DNA of 19,364 nucleotides, from positions 1-19,364 of the forward strand of contig JAVCBY010000090.1 in the NCBI GenBank assembly GCA_037917625.1, read 5' to 3'. A model generated the notes under the pieces. The model was not told the DNA's origin and did no database searches. It saw only the letters and a program-made list of their open reading frames with translations. Position 1 is the stretch's first letter, and each line of letters begins with the position of its first letter. This document shows, piece after piece, positions 1-9,704 of the stretch. The DNA comes from Thermoproteota archaeon. GTDB taxonomy: Archaea > Korarchaeota > Korarchaeia > Korarchaeales > Korarchaeaceae. A program made the position numbers and the translations under genes.

Positions 1-84
1 TAAGGAAGCCGATAGTAGACCGTCTAAGTCCTCCCCGTGACTGCATATGGAGAGCCTTTCCCCCTTGAATATATCCTCGAGCAT
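1..84 (-). CDS. DHH-family phosphoesterase, 5' end only (runs off the window)
   Basis: Not in the ORF track. Manual translation from ATG at 84 gives MLEDIFKGERLSICSHGEDLDGLLSASL; H-x-x-D-L-D-G matches DHH motif I. Divergent from the FAD synthase gene. Confidence 0.7.
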   Translation of the reverse strand, partial: MLEDIFKGERLSICSHGEDLDGLLSASL

Positions 85-107
85 TTTCCGACCATCATAA
101 GTTCAAT

Positions 108-122
108 GATAGATTTTTTAAT
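108..122. promoter_or_regulatory. AT-rich TATA-like element between divergent genes (probably bidirectional, leaderless transcripts)
   Basis: gatagattttttaat lies roughly 25-30 nt from both ATG 145 (+) and ATG 84 (-). Confidence 0.45.
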
Positions 123-144
123 CTTACGAATTCGATTGCTCGAG

Positions 145-579
145 ATGGGACGCAGGGTCATGGTCGCTGGGACGTTCGATATAATCCATGAGGGTCACAT
201 AAAAATGCTCTGGAGTGCTAAGAACTTGGCTGGAGATGATGGTGAACTAATAGTTGTGGTAGCTAGGGATGAGAACGTGAGGAAGTACAAGAGGAGGGAG
301 CCCATACTGGAGGAATCTATCAGGGCATATATAGTGAAGAACTTGAAGCCCGTCGATAGAGTAGTGCTCGGGGAGAAGGATCCGATAGAATCTGTAGTGA
401 AGTTGAAGCCAGATGTCATCGCTCTGGGTTACGATCAGTGGGCTGATGAGAATTGGCTGAGGGAGGAGCTCTTGAAGAGGGGAATCAATGTGGAAATAGT
501 CAGGTTACCGAGGTTCGGCGATAGTTCATCTTCATCCATAGTCAGGAGAGTGATAAACTTATTCTGCTCATCTGAATAG
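145..579 (+). CDS. ribL: Archaeal FAD synthase / cytidylyltransferase-family nucleotidyltransferase
   Basis: GTFDIIHEGH (HxGH motif), VVVARD, KPDVIALGYDQ, SSSSI. Start moved from 37 to ATG 145 because the longer version overlaps the DHH gene and 145 follows a TATA box. Confidence 0.8.
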   Translation: MGRRVMVAGTFDIIHEGHIKMLWSAKNLAGDDGELIVVVARDENVRKYKRREPILEESIRAYIVKNLKPVDRVVLGEKDPIESVVKLKPDVIALGYDQWADENWLREELLKRGINVEIVRLPRFGDSSSSSIVRRVINLFCSSE

Positions 580-1014
580 CTTAATGAAGGAACTTGAGAA
601 TTCTTTAGCGAGTACTGAGAGCTCATCAGTCGATTCTTGGTCAGATTTTACGAGCAATTCACTGAGAATATCTAATATTACCTCATCTTTCCCGAATTTC
701 CTAGCGATTATTAAGGCTAGATAGAGAGTATCCCTCATGACATTGCAAGCTAACTCAATATCAGTTGAGCTCTCACATAACTCGACGCTCCTCATTATGA
801 CCAATGGGATCCCGCATATGAGGGTCTTAAGGTCACCCCCTCCCGCGTCCTGAACGTTCTCATGGAGCGTCTCAAAGAACAGGAATCTGAGGTATCCGCT
901 CATCCTACAGAGATCCCTCACCTTCTGATGCCTCTCTGTATTCGATTCGAACTCCTCAAGTAGCGTCAAGAACTCCTCATTCATCTGATATATGCAATCC
1001 TCTACTGACTTCAC
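568..1014 (-). CDS. Hypothetical protein, 148 aa, acidic and probably helical
   Basis: Fills the gap between ribL and metG with host-like codon usage; no recognised motif. Confidence 0.7.
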   Translation of the reverse strand: MKSVEDCIYQMNEEFLTLLEEFESNTERHQKVRDLCRMSGYLRFLFFETLHENVQDAGGGDLKTLICGIPLVIMRSVELCESSTDIELACNVMRDTLYLALIIARKFGKDEVILDILSELLVKSDQESTDELSVLAKEFSSSFIKLFR

Positions 1015-1071
1015 GGGACCCGATGCGGGGATACGCTTAAAATTGTTATGATGATCAGATTGGGAGCGAAG

Positions 1072-2751
1072 ATGAGGTGGATAGTGGCCTCAGCTTGGCC
1101 TTACATAAATGCTGTCCCACACTTAGGTACCTTAGTCCAAGTACTCTCTTCAGATGTATTCGCGAGATTCCTGAGGAAGATGGGAGAGGAAGTGGTATTC
1201 GTCTCGGGCTCAGATGAGCATGGGACACCTATAGAGATAGAAGCTATAAGGAAAGGGATAGCTCCTAAGGACCTAACGGATGAGATGCACGCATATATCA
1301 CTTGGCTCTTCGAGAGCTTCAGGATAAGTTACGATAACTACACGAGAACTGAGAGCGATGTCCATAAGGAATTCGTGAGGGATTTCTACATCAAGGTCTA
1401 TAATGAGGGGCACATATTCGAGAGGGAAACGGATCAATTGTACTGCCCTAAGGACGAAATGTTCCTTCCCGACAGATTCGTCACGGGGACTTGCCCTTAC
1501 TGCGGGTACGAGAGGGCTCACGGGGATCAATGCGATAGATGCGGTAGGTTGCTCAACCCGACGGATCTCATAGATCCGAGGTGTTCGATATGCGGCTCCA
1601 TCCCGGAGATAAGGAGGACTAAGCACTGGTTTTTTGACCTACCGAAGTTCTCAGAGAAATTGAGAAAATATATAGAGGAAAATGAGAATTTACCTGAGAA
1701 CGCAAAAGCTTTATCTCTATCGATGATCGATGAGGGCCTCAGACCGAGATCCCTAACTAGGGATAACAAGTGGGGGATCCCTGCGCCTTTCCCAGGCTCT
1801 GAGGGGAAGACCATCTACGTCTGGATGGAAGCAGTCCTGGGCTACGTTTCCGCTGTGAAGGAGTACTTCCTCAAGAGGGGGGAAGCTGAGAAGTTTGAGG
1901 AGTTCTGGAAGAGAGAGGATACGAGATCCGTCTACTTCATAGGGAAGGACAATATCCCGTTCCACACGATGATATTCCCGGCCCTCCTGATGGCTAGTGG
2001 GGAGGGTTATGTCCTCCCATTCAGCGTCGCCTCTACTGAGTTCCTCCTTTACGAAGGGGAGAAATTCTCGAAGAGCGAGAGGAGAGGTATATGGATGGAT
2101 GAGGCCCTCCAAATACTTCCAGCAGATTATTGGAGGTTCTACATGATCTACATGAGACCCGAGCTTAAGGACACGAGCTTCTCCTGGGAGGATTTCGAGT
2201 CCAAAGTGAATGATGAGCTGAACGATATAATAGGTAACTTGATACACAGGGTCCTCTCCTTCATAGTCTCTAGGTATAATGGCCAGGTCCCATCAGCTGA
2301 GCTAGATGAGGAGGCATCGAGCTTCCTCATTAAGGTGAGGGAGACGAGCGAGAGGATCGAGGAGAACTTGATGAAAATAAAGCTGAGAGATGCTTTAAGA
2401 ACATTCATAGAGATGGCAAGATTAGGAAATAAATTCTTCAACAATAGAGAGCCTTGGAAGGATTTTGAATCAAATAGGGAGAGAGCTGACTCCACCATAC
2501 TAGCGTCCTACATACTCCTCAAGATCATCGCGTTCTACATGCACATATTCATGCCCTCCTCCGCTGAGAAGCTCTGGAAGATGCTCGGGCTCGAGGGCGA
2601 GCCTGAAGCTAGAGTCGCTTTCTCAGATCATGATAAGGGGAAGATAAGCTCTTTAGAACCTCTATTCAAGAAAATAAGAAAGGAAGAATTGATAAACAGA
2701 TTAAATCAAATAAGGGAAAGGGGAGAAGTTCTGTCCGCGAGGGAGAGTTAA
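1072..2751 (+). CDS. metG: Methionine--tRNA ligase (short form, no C-terminal tRNA-binding domain)
   Basis: AWPYINAVPHLGT (HIGH-like), GSDEHGTPI, zinc knuckles (CPYC...CDRC...CSIC), YVWMEA, GKDNIPFH, KFSKS (KMSKS-like). Start may be 1048, 1060 or 1072. Confidence 0.97.
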   Translation: MRWIVASAWPYINAVPHLGTLVQVLSSDVFARFLRKMGEEVVFVSGSDEHGTPIEIEAIRKGIAPKDLTDEMHAYITWLFESFRISYDNYTRTESDVHKEFVRDFYIKVYNEGHIFERETDQLYCPKDEMFLPDRFVTGTCPYCGYERAHGDQCDRCGRLLNPTDLIDPRCSICGSIPEIRRTKHWFFDLPKFSEKLRKYIEENENLPENAKALSLSMIDEGLRPRSLTRDNKWGIPAPFPGSEGKTIYVWMEAVLGYVSAVKEYFLKRGEAEKFEEFWKREDTRSVYFIGKDNIPFHTMIFPALLMASGEGYVLPFSVASTEFLLYEGEKFSKSERRGIWMDEALQILPADYWRFYMIYMRPELKDTSFSWEDFESKVNDELNDIIGNLIHRVLSFIVSRYNGQVPSAELDEEASSFLIKVRETSERIEENLMKIKLRDALRTFIEMARLGNKFFNNREPWKDFESNRERADSTILASYILLKIIAFYMHIFMPSSAEKLWKMLGLEGEPEARVAFSDHDKGKISSLEPLFKKIRKEELINRLNQIRERGEVLSARES

Positions 2752-3446
2752 TCCTTCCTCACTATAACCTCTATTGTTATGTCCCCGGATGCTATCGGGT
2801 GGCCTGGCTTCATAGCTTGAATAACAATCCTGAAGGTGGAGTTCTCAGTCACATTCGCGCGCCACCCAAGAGAGGCTCTTCCCTCACTATCCGTCTTAAC
2901 GTACTCCGTAACTGTAGAGTTCGATCCTAGAGATACTGCTAGGAGCTTAGCGTTCTCAACGGGCTTCCCACCCACGGTCACTCTCGCGTATATCCTATCG
3001 CTAACTTCAGCATAAGTAGCATTAGCTATCCTAACTGTTAAGACCGGACTCTCCACATTCAGCTCCAATTCAAGGGGAGGAGCTCCGAATACACTGAAGT
3101 AAGACTCCTCAGTGATATCTTGACCATTCAAAGTAGCTTTAATCCTCAGGATGTGAAATCCGATCCTATATTTTCCCTCCTCTATGTCTATACTTCCACC
3201 TATCTCCTTAGCCGGGGGGAGGGAGGTCACGTATACTGTCCTGTTAAGCTCAGCATCTATGACCTCGGCTGTCACTTTGGATGGTGCAGATGGGAAGGAG
3301 ATAGTGAAGTTCAGTTTCCCACCTAAGGGAACGGTTCTCTCCTCGATCGATATAATGAACTTAGGAGAGTTCATCAAGGGCCAGATCAATAGAATTGCCA
3401 CGAATATCACGTTTAGAGCGACTGCCAGTAGGATCTTGTTGTTCAT
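2748..3446 (-). CDS. Hypothetical secreted or membrane-anchored beta-rich (Ig-like) protein
   Basis: N-terminal MNNK plus hydrophobic helix; GKPVENA and TDSEGRA resemble Ig-like/Big domain motifs; several N-x-S/T sequons. Confidence 0.75.
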   Translation of the reverse strand: MNNKILLAVALNVIFVAILLIWPLMNSPKFIISIEERTVPLGGKLNFTISFPSAPSKVTAEVIDAELNRTVYVTSLPPAKEIGGSIDIEEGKYRIGFHILRIKATLNGQDITEESYFSVFGAPPLELELNVESPVLTVRIANATYAEVSDRIYARVTVGGKPVENAKLLAVSLGSNSTVTEYVKTDSEGRASLGWRANVTENSTFRIVIQAMKPGHPIASGDITIEVIVRKD

Positions 3447-3494
3447 AGGGCACCTACTTCCCTCCAGATCTTAGTATAAATAAATGTTACCGAC

Positions 3495-3510
3495 GCGAAT
3501 ACCTTATATT
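3495..3510 (+). promoter_or_regulatory. BRE/TATA promoter of egsA
   Basis: gcgaataccTTATATt; predicted transcription start near 3530. Confidence 0.55.
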
Positions 3511-3541
3511 GAGTGCGAGCCTTTGATCTGGGTGCCTAGAA

Positions 3542-4624
3542 CTGGAGAATAAGAAGGGGCTGGAGAGGATAGAGAGCCCAAGATACATATTCTTCGGTCC
3601 CAATGCTATTTCAAAAGTGGGAGAAGTCCTAAGAAGCTTGAGCATAAGGTCTCCGATCCTCCTGATAAGCGGGCCGAGCGTGACTAAAGCCGTCGCAGAG
3701 GACTTAGTGTCCTCACTCGAATCTGAGTACAAGATCTTACACGTAGCGATGACTGGTGGGCTTGAGGAACTAGTGGATACCATTAAGATGGCGAGGAAAT
3801 ATAAAATAGATCTCCTAATAGGAGTTGGGGGAGGAAAACCCCTAGATATTACTAAAATATTGGCTTCAGAACTCGATGTTAGATATCTAGTCGTCCCGAC
3901 GTCAGCGAGTCACGATGGTATAGCTTCGCCCTCAGTGAGCTTCACACTCTCCAGGGAGATAGAGGGGAGGCTGGGGAGGGAGATCAGGGTAGAGGCGCCC
4001 ACAGCTATATTGGCTGATACGACTATAATAAGTAGGGCATCTCCAGTCACATTCAAGTCAGGTTTCGGGGATCTGGTCGCTAAGATAACAGCTGTAAGGG
4101 ATTGGGAGCTAGCCTATAAGCTCAGAGATGAGCCTTATAGCGAATACGCTGCATCTATGTCTTTGTTGAGCGCTAAAATAGCGATGGATCATGCGCATGA
4201 GATAAGAGCAGGCTTAGAGGAGTCGACTAGGATACTGGTCAAAGCTCTGATAGGTAGCGGGGTGGCGATGAGTATAGCTGGCAGCTCCAGACCAGCTAGC
4301 GGGAGTGAGCACATGTTCAGTCACGCTCTAGATATAATCTCATCGGAAGCGGGTGTTAGGCCAGCGCCTCACGGCATCCAAGTAGCGATAGGGACTATAA
4401 TGATGGCTTATTTGCAGGGTCAAGATTGGAAGATGATAAAGGAGAAGCTAATAGAAGCTGGAGTCCCCACTACTGCTGAGGAAGCTGGGATAAGCCCAGA
4501 TATGGTGGTGAAAGCCCTGACGATAGCTCATAAGGTGAGGGATAGATATACCATACTGGGGAGCTCGGGCCTCACTTTGAGCGCTGCTGAGAAATTGGCG
4601 CGGGTCACAGGAGTAATAAAGTGA
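3542..4624 (+). CDS. egsA: sn-glycerol-1-phosphate dehydrogenase [NAD(P)+]
   Basis: GVGGGKPLD, PTSASHDGIASP, GFGDL, SSRPASGSEHMFSHALD, HGIQV, RDRYTILG. The conserved N-terminus (IESPRYIFFGPNAI) lies upstream of the first canonical start (GTG 3617); CTG 3542 is a tentative start. Confidence 0.93.
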   Translation: MENKKGLERIESPRYIFFGPNAISKVGEVLRSLSIRSPILLISGPSVTKAVAEDLVSSLESEYKILHVAMTGGLEELVDTIKMARKYKIDLLIGVGGGKPLDITKILASELDVRYLVVPTSASHDGIASPSVSFTLSREIEGRLGREIRVEAPTAILADTTIISRASPVTFKSGFGDLVAKITAVRDWELAYKLRDEPYSEYAASMSLLSAKIAMDHAHEIRAGLEESTRILVKALIGSGVAMSIAGSSRPASGSEHMFSHALDIISSEAGVRPAPHGIQVAIGTIMMAYLQGQDWKMIKEKLIEAGVPTTAEEAGISPDMVVKALTIAHKVRDRYTILGSSGLTLSAAEKLARVTGVIK

Positions 4625-5273
4625 CCGCTAACGCTGAGATCAATAAAGCGGAAATTAAGATAAATATAAGAGTAAAACCGGCTGAATATAATAAAGATTT
4701 ATATCTACTCATGCCGAAAGAAATTCTATGTATCCTGAATAAGATCCATGAGAACCAGATAATCGAGATCAAGGAGAGGATCGGAAACATTGAGTTAGGG
4801 AAGGAGAATAGGTAATCCATCATCTCAACGGAGAATCTCGATAGGAGATCCCTCCACCCAGTTCCCTCGCACGATATTATCCTACCGGGTAAGATAGCTA
4901 ATATAATTGTATTGAGTCCTCCCATGATGGCGTATATGATTGAACAATTGCTGATAAGATAGAAGTACTTTCTCCTCCTCATGTTGAGCTCCTTAGGTAC
5001 ATATCTCGAGAATAGAGCCACTGTGAGGAGCCAGCTCAGGGCTATGAGAGCCCAAGAGTATAGGAAGAGGGAGCTCTTCACCTCTAAGAAAGCTCTCACT
5101 CTCTCATCTAGAAAAGCGCTAGAGCAAGATATCTTAAGTTGCAAGAGGAGGAGGGAAGTGGCATTGAAGGTGAAGAAGAGGAAGAGTGAGATCATCGAAT
5201 ATATCGGGTCTAAATTCATCCCAAGGCCCCTCAAGTCTTCCTCTCTACCTAGGAGGAAACCCAGGATACTCAA
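4605..5273 (-). CDS. Hypothetical multi-pass membrane protein (about 5 TM, Yip1-like layout)
   Basis: About five hydrophobic segments; the TTG start overlaps the ABCE1 stop (TTGA), suggesting translational coupling. Confidence 0.75.
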   Translation of the reverse strand: MSILGFLLGREEDLRGLGMNLDPIYSMISLFLFFTFNATSLLLLQLKISCSSAFLDERVRAFLEVKSSLFLYSWALIALSWLLTVALFSRYVPKELNMRRRKYFYLISNCSIIYAIMGGLNTIILAILPGRIISCEGTGWRDLLSRFSVEMMDYLFSFPNSMFPILSLISIIWFSWILFRIHRISFGMSRYKSLLYSAGFTLIFILISALLISALAVTLLLL

Positions 5274-7045
5274 GGATAGTACCTCCCGGATGCTCTAGCC
5301 ATCTGATCTAGTTTGGATCCGGGCTTATTGACCCTGGGCCTGCCCGTATCTGGGTCCCTCCTGAAGGTGATATCTACGTCCATCAGGAACTCGTTAAGCC
5401 CTTCCCTGGGGTCCTTCGGTTCTGATGCGTAACCCTCTCTCCCAGGGATCCCCCTGAATATCATTATCCTATCGGAGTAAGTCTCTATGGAGAGTATATC
5501 GTGCTCAACAACAATAACTGCCTTCCTCTCCCCTTTTATCCTTCTCCTTATAGCTTTAGCTACGGAGAACCTAGCCTCAACATCTAGGAATGCGCTAGGC
5601 TCATCTATTAAGTAGATATCAGCCTCTCTACCGAGACAAGCTGCTATAGCTACCTTCTGAAGCTCACCACCGCTCAACTCATCCAAGTACCTATCTAGGA
5701 GCTGCTCAATACCGAGCCTCTTGATGACCTCCACTCTGAAGTATGGGCTGGAGTAATTCCGCTCAGCTACTTTCCTGAGGAGGGATTCAACGGTCCCATC
5801 ATAGCTGGGCTTGACGTACTGAGGCTTATAAGATATCTTAAGATTTGCGTTCAAGCTCCCTTCATCGGGTTGAAGCTCCCCCGCTAAGAGCCTTATGAAA
5901 GTGGTCTTTCCGATCCCATTAGGCCCAACTGCAACGACTACTTCGCCCACATATATCTGAGCGCCGCTCACACGGAGGGAGAATCCGTTTAAGCGTTTCA
6001 CCATGTCTGAGTAAGATATCAGTACCTCTGAGGAGGGCTCAGAAGGGGCTGACCTCTGCAAGAAGGATATAGCCTCATCCCTGAATCTGACGTTGTCATC
6101 AGGCAGATAGCCATCTAGGAATATGTTTATGCCCTCCCTAGTGGAATGCGGATGGCTAACGACACCGTACACACCTGGCTCACCGTAAAGTATGTGGACG
6201 TAATCGCTTAGGTAATCCAATATTGCTAGATCATGCTCAACAACTATCAAGGACTTATTCTTATTCTGGAGTTCCCTCAAGAGCTTAGCTGCTCTCATCC
6301 TCTGGAAGACATCTAGATAGTTCGTAGGTTCATCGAATATATAGAGATCACCCTCCCTCGAGTAAGCCGCAGCTATAGCTACCTTCTGAAGCTCACCACC
6401 GCTCAGCTCCCTCAGATCCCTATCCCTTATGTTCTCAAGCTCCAAAATTGAATCTACCTCATCGTACGAACCTCTCTCATCCACCCTCCTTAAGACATCA
6501 GATACCTTGCCCCTCACTACTTCGGGTATCTTATCTATCCTCTCCGGCTTCAAAATGACCCTTATCTCATTATTAATTAACTTCTTTAAGTAAGAATGGA
6601 GCTCAGATCCCCTGAACCTCTCTAAAATCTCATCCCATGAGACATCCCTATCTACGATCCCTAGATTGGGCTTTATCCTCCCCGAGAGTATCGAGATAGA
6701 TGTCGTCTTCCCGACGCCGTTCGGACCTATGAGGCCCAGCACCTTAGAGGGCCTGACTATGGGCAGCCTGAAGAGAGCGAACCCATTCACTCCATATCTA
6801 TGGACCTCCTCGCCCTCGATGGGTGCCGGGAGATTCACTATGGATATGGCACCAAATGGGCACTTCTTTACACAAATTCCGCATCCTGTACACAATTTCT
6901 CATCTATTACGAGTGTAGAATCAACTAGCTTTATTGTATCTTCCACCCCCATCCTTACCTCTGGGCAGTACTTTATGCACTCGAGACCGCACTTCTTAGG
7001 GTTGCACCTATCCCTATCGATCACAGCTATTCTCTTACTGGGCAA
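5270..7045 (-). CDS. rli: Ribosome recycling ATPase ABCE1/RLI
   Basis: N-terminal Fe-S domain (CNPKKCGLECIKYCP, CTGCGICVKKCP), two NBDs (GPNGVGKTT, GPNGIGKTT, two LSGGELQ), C-terminal ITFRRD...RPRVNK; SD GAGGTGA before TTG. Confidence 0.97.
   Translation of the reverse strand: MPSKRIAVIDRDRCNPKKCGLECIKYCPEVRMGVEDTIKLVDSTLVIDEKLCTGCGICVKKCPFGAISIVNLPAPIEGEEVHRYGVNGFALFRLPIVRPSKVLGLIGPNGVGKTTSISILSGRIKPNLGIVDRDVSWDEILERFRGSELHSYLKKLINNEIRVILKPERIDKIPEVVRGKVSDVLRRVDERGSYDEVDSILELENIRDRDLRELSGGELQKVAIAAAYSREGDLYIFDEPTNYLDVFQRMRAAKLLRELQNKNKSLIVVEHDLAILDYLSDYVHILYGEPGVYGVVSHPHSTREGINIFLDGYLPDDNVRFRDEAISFLQRSAPSEPSSEVLISYSDMVKRLNGFSLRVSGAQIYVGEVVVAVGPNGIGKTTFIRLLAGELQPDEGSLNANLKISYKPQYVKPSYDGTVESLLRKVAERNYSSPYFRVEVIKRLGIEQLLDRYLDELSGGELQKVAIAACLGREADIYLIDEPSAFLDVEARFSVAKAIRRRIKGERKAVIVVEHDILSIETYSDRIMIFRGIPGREGYASEPKDPREGLNEFLMDVDITFRRDPDTGRPRVNKPGSKLDQMARASGRYYP
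5643..5676. repeat. 34-bp perfect direct repeat, copy 1 (copy 2 at 6372-6405)
   Basis: gctatagctaccttctgaagctcaccaccgctca is identical at both positions; it encodes the ABC signature region. Confidence 0.9.
6372..6405. repeat. 34-bp perfect direct repeat, copy 2 (copy 1 at 5643-5676)
   Basis: Identical to 5643-5676. Confidence 0.9.
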
Positions 7046-7049
7046 GGGA

Positions 7050-7658
7050 TCACCTCGGAAGGGAGGCCTCCCTTCCGAGATCGAAGGCCCTCAGATTTAA
7101 ATCTCGATATCTAGCTGGCGATAACTCCGATATGACCTCCCTTATCAGATCATCTGGGAAGGGTACAGCTCCGCTAGCCTGAGCAGCGCCTAGGATGACG
7201 ACGTTAGCAGCTATATAATCGCCCGCCTTCTCAGCTAGACCATAAGCATCTACAGTGAACAAATTCTTCGGATTTAAGCTCTTAATAGCTTCTATAATCT
7301 CATCCAAGCTCGGTACTTTGAACCTGCTCAAGTAAGCAGCCATAGGAACTATTATGTGATCGCTCATCACGACAGTAGTCCTCTCAGATATATAAGGGGC
7401 TTGCCTAAGCGTTTCCAGGGGTTCCATACCTATTAGCAAATCTAGAGTCCCCTCCAGAATTAAGGGGCTGTGAACTTCACTCCCTATCCTGAGCTCAGTC
7501 CTAATAGAGCCATATCTCTGCGAGAGGCCGTGTATCTCGCTCTGAACGAAGTTTATCCCCATCTTCAGGGCTGCTCTAGCCAATATATTCGTCGTGAATA
7601 GGATTCCCTGGCCCCCAACACCAGCTACTATCACGTTGAATTCCTCTATCATGCTCAC
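7050..7658 (-). CDS. iorB: Indolepyruvate:ferredoxin oxidoreductase beta subunit
   Basis: GVGGQGIL, SEIHGLSQRYGS, EPLETLR, NVVILGA, NLRAFDLG; GTGA overlap with the iorA stop. Confidence 0.93.
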   Translation of the reverse strand: MSMIEEFNVIVAGVGGQGILFTTNILARAALKMGINFVQSEIHGLSQRYGSIRTELRIGSEVHSPLILEGTLDLLIGMEPLETLRQAPYISERTTVVMSDHIIVPMAAYLSRFKVPSLDEIIEAIKSLNPKNLFTVDAYGLAEKAGDYIAANVVILGAAQASGAVPFPDDLIREVISELSPARYRDLNLRAFDLGREASLPR

Positions 7659-9547
7659 ACCCCCACTTTATCATCCCTCCAGTTTATCGATCCCTCCTGA
7701 GGTTCTATCGCATCGTACGGGCAGACTTGGACGCAAGCGCCGCATCCGAAACAGATGGTGGGATCTATCTCAACTGAGGAGCCAGTATCGATGAAAGCTG
7801 GGCATGCGAATGTATTTATGCATACCCTACAGTAGGTGCACTTATCCTCATTCACCCTATAGGGTACTATCTTTTTCCCCTCAGCTCTGATTTTCCTAAC
7901 TGTTAAGAGGGCGCACTCCCTCCTAGTTATCACAACCGAAACACCTTCCGCCTTCAGAGCACCTCTTATCGCTTCTTCAGTTCCTTTATGATCGAATGGA
8001 TCGACTACCCTGAGGTAGTTAACTCCTATCGCTCTCACCAAATCCTCCAAACTTATCGAGGGGGCCTCGCGCCCCATAGCGTCATAAGGCACGCCTGGAT
8101 GTGACTGATGCCCTGTCATTGCAGTCGTTCTGTTGTCCATTATAATAACTGTGAACTTCCTCTTATTGTGAACGGCATTTATCAAAGCTGGTATTCCTGC
8201 GTGGAAGAACGTGGAATCCCCTATGAGTGCGACGACATCTTGCTGTGTCGCTAAGCTTACACCATTAGCTATCCCTATGGATGATCCCATCGCGTGAGTC
8301 ACGTGCTCCACTCTGAAGGGAGGCTGGAAGAGAAGGGCGTAGCACCCTATATCACCCATGAAAACAGCCCTTCCAGCGGCTCTCCTCAAAGCGTAGCCCG
8401 CTGATCTGTGGGGACAAGCTGGGCAGAGGATCGGTTGCCTAGGGGGAACCATCTCGAGCAACTTTGAGCTTTTTCTATCAATCTCACTGAAATCTATCGG
8501 TGATTTAATCCCGAATGCTTTTGAAAATCCTTCGAGGACAGTCCTTATGGTGTACTCGTGAACTTGGGGCATGTGCCCAGTGAGCTTACCCAAGATCTCG
8601 AGATCCGGAGCGTAATCCTTAGCTAAAGCCTTTATCCTAAGCTCGAGGAATGGATCTAATTCCTCAACTATGAAGGCCGTGTTTATAGACCTCAGGAATT
8701 CCCCTATCATCCGTTCAGGCAAGGGGAAGGTCATGCCTATCTTCAGCACTTTGGCCTCGAGGCCAGTTAACCTCAGGGCATCCCTTACATGTGCATAGGA
8801 TACTCCAGAAGTTATTATCCCAATCTCAGAATCTTGAGGACCTTCCACTCTCGCATAATTCCCTGAAATTCCCTGAATCTCCTTTATCTTTTTTAGGAGC
8901 TCTACATGGTGTTTCCTCGCTATCGCGCCGACCTGCAGATATCTATCAGGTTCTGGAGGCTCGAATTTACCCACATCGCCTCTAGCTGTTATCTCGCCGA
9001 GCCTCACAGGACCCTTCTGATGGTTTATTCTCGTCGTCGTCCTCAGCATGAACGGTATTTTATAGATATAAGATAGTTCCATCGCTTCCCTCGTGAAATC
9101 CTTGGCTTCCTGAACGTTAGATGGCTCGAGCATCGGTAGGCCTGCTGCCTCACTATAATGTCTGTTATCCTGCTCGTTCTGACTGCTGTGACAATGAGGA
9201 TCATCTGCCGATACTATGACCATCGCGCCCGTCAGCCCGGCATAAGTGAGAGTGAAGATAGCATCAGCAGCGACGTTGAAGCCGACGTGCTTCATCATTG
9301 TCATGGACCTGAGCCCCGACCAAGCTGCGCCTATAGCTACTTCAGCGGCCACCTTCTCATTGGATGACCACTCGAAGTATATGCCCAGCTTCTTGGTAGC
9401 GAGAGATAGGGCCTCGCCTATCTCCGTACTCGGGGTTCCAGGATAGGCTGCAGCCACATTGAGGCCGCCCTCTAAAGCCCCTCTAGCTATAGCCTCATTC
9501 CCAAGCAGGCTCTCCAGGGTACCAGGTGGAGCTAATAGATCCCCCAT
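7655..9547 (-). CDS. iorA: Indolepyruvate:ferredoxin oxidoreductase alpha subunit
   Basis: GNEAIARG, YPGTPSTE, NEKVA, KHVG, SSQNEQD, CPACPH, DIGCY, GDSTFFH (TPP motif), C-terminal 2x[4Fe-4S] domain. Confidence 0.96.
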   Translation of the reverse strand: MGDLLAPPGTLESLLGNEAIARGALEGGLNVAAAYPGTPSTEIGEALSLATKKLGIYFEWSSNEKVAAEVAIGAAWSGLRSMTMMKHVGFNVAADAIFTLTYAGLTGAMVIVSADDPHCHSSQNEQDNRHYSEAAGLPMLEPSNVQEAKDFTREAMELSYIYKIPFMLRTTTRINHQKGPVRLGEITARGDVGKFEPPEPDRYLQVGAIARKHHVELLKKIKEIQGISGNYARVEGPQDSEIGIITSGVSYAHVRDALRLTGLEAKVLKIGMTFPLPERMIGEFLRSINTAFIVEELDPFLELRIKALAKDYAPDLEILGKLTGHMPQVHEYTIRTVLEGFSKAFGIKSPIDFSEIDRKSSKLLEMVPPRQPILCPACPHRSAGYALRRAAGRAVFMGDIGCYALLFQPPFRVEHVTHAMGSSIGIANGVSLATQQDVVALIGDSTFFHAGIPALINAVHNKRKFTVIIMDNRTTAMTGHQSHPGVPYDAMGREAPSISLEDLVRAIGVNYLRVVDPFDHKGTEEAIRGALKAEGVSVVITRRECALLTVRKIRAEGKKIVPYRVNEDKCTYCRVCINTFACPAFIDTGSSVEIDPTICFGCGACVQVCPYDAIEPQEGSINWRDDKVGV

Positions 9548-9704
9548 GCTCTCCCAAGGAGATCGCAGAGAAAAAATTAAAACTTCTCTTTCTCCACCAG
9601 ACCTAAAAGATTATGTGTTTTAGGTGCATATAAATTATTTAATTAATCAGAAGAACGAGGAATTATATAAAAAATTCTGGAAATTGATTGAGAACAGAAA
9701 TTTT

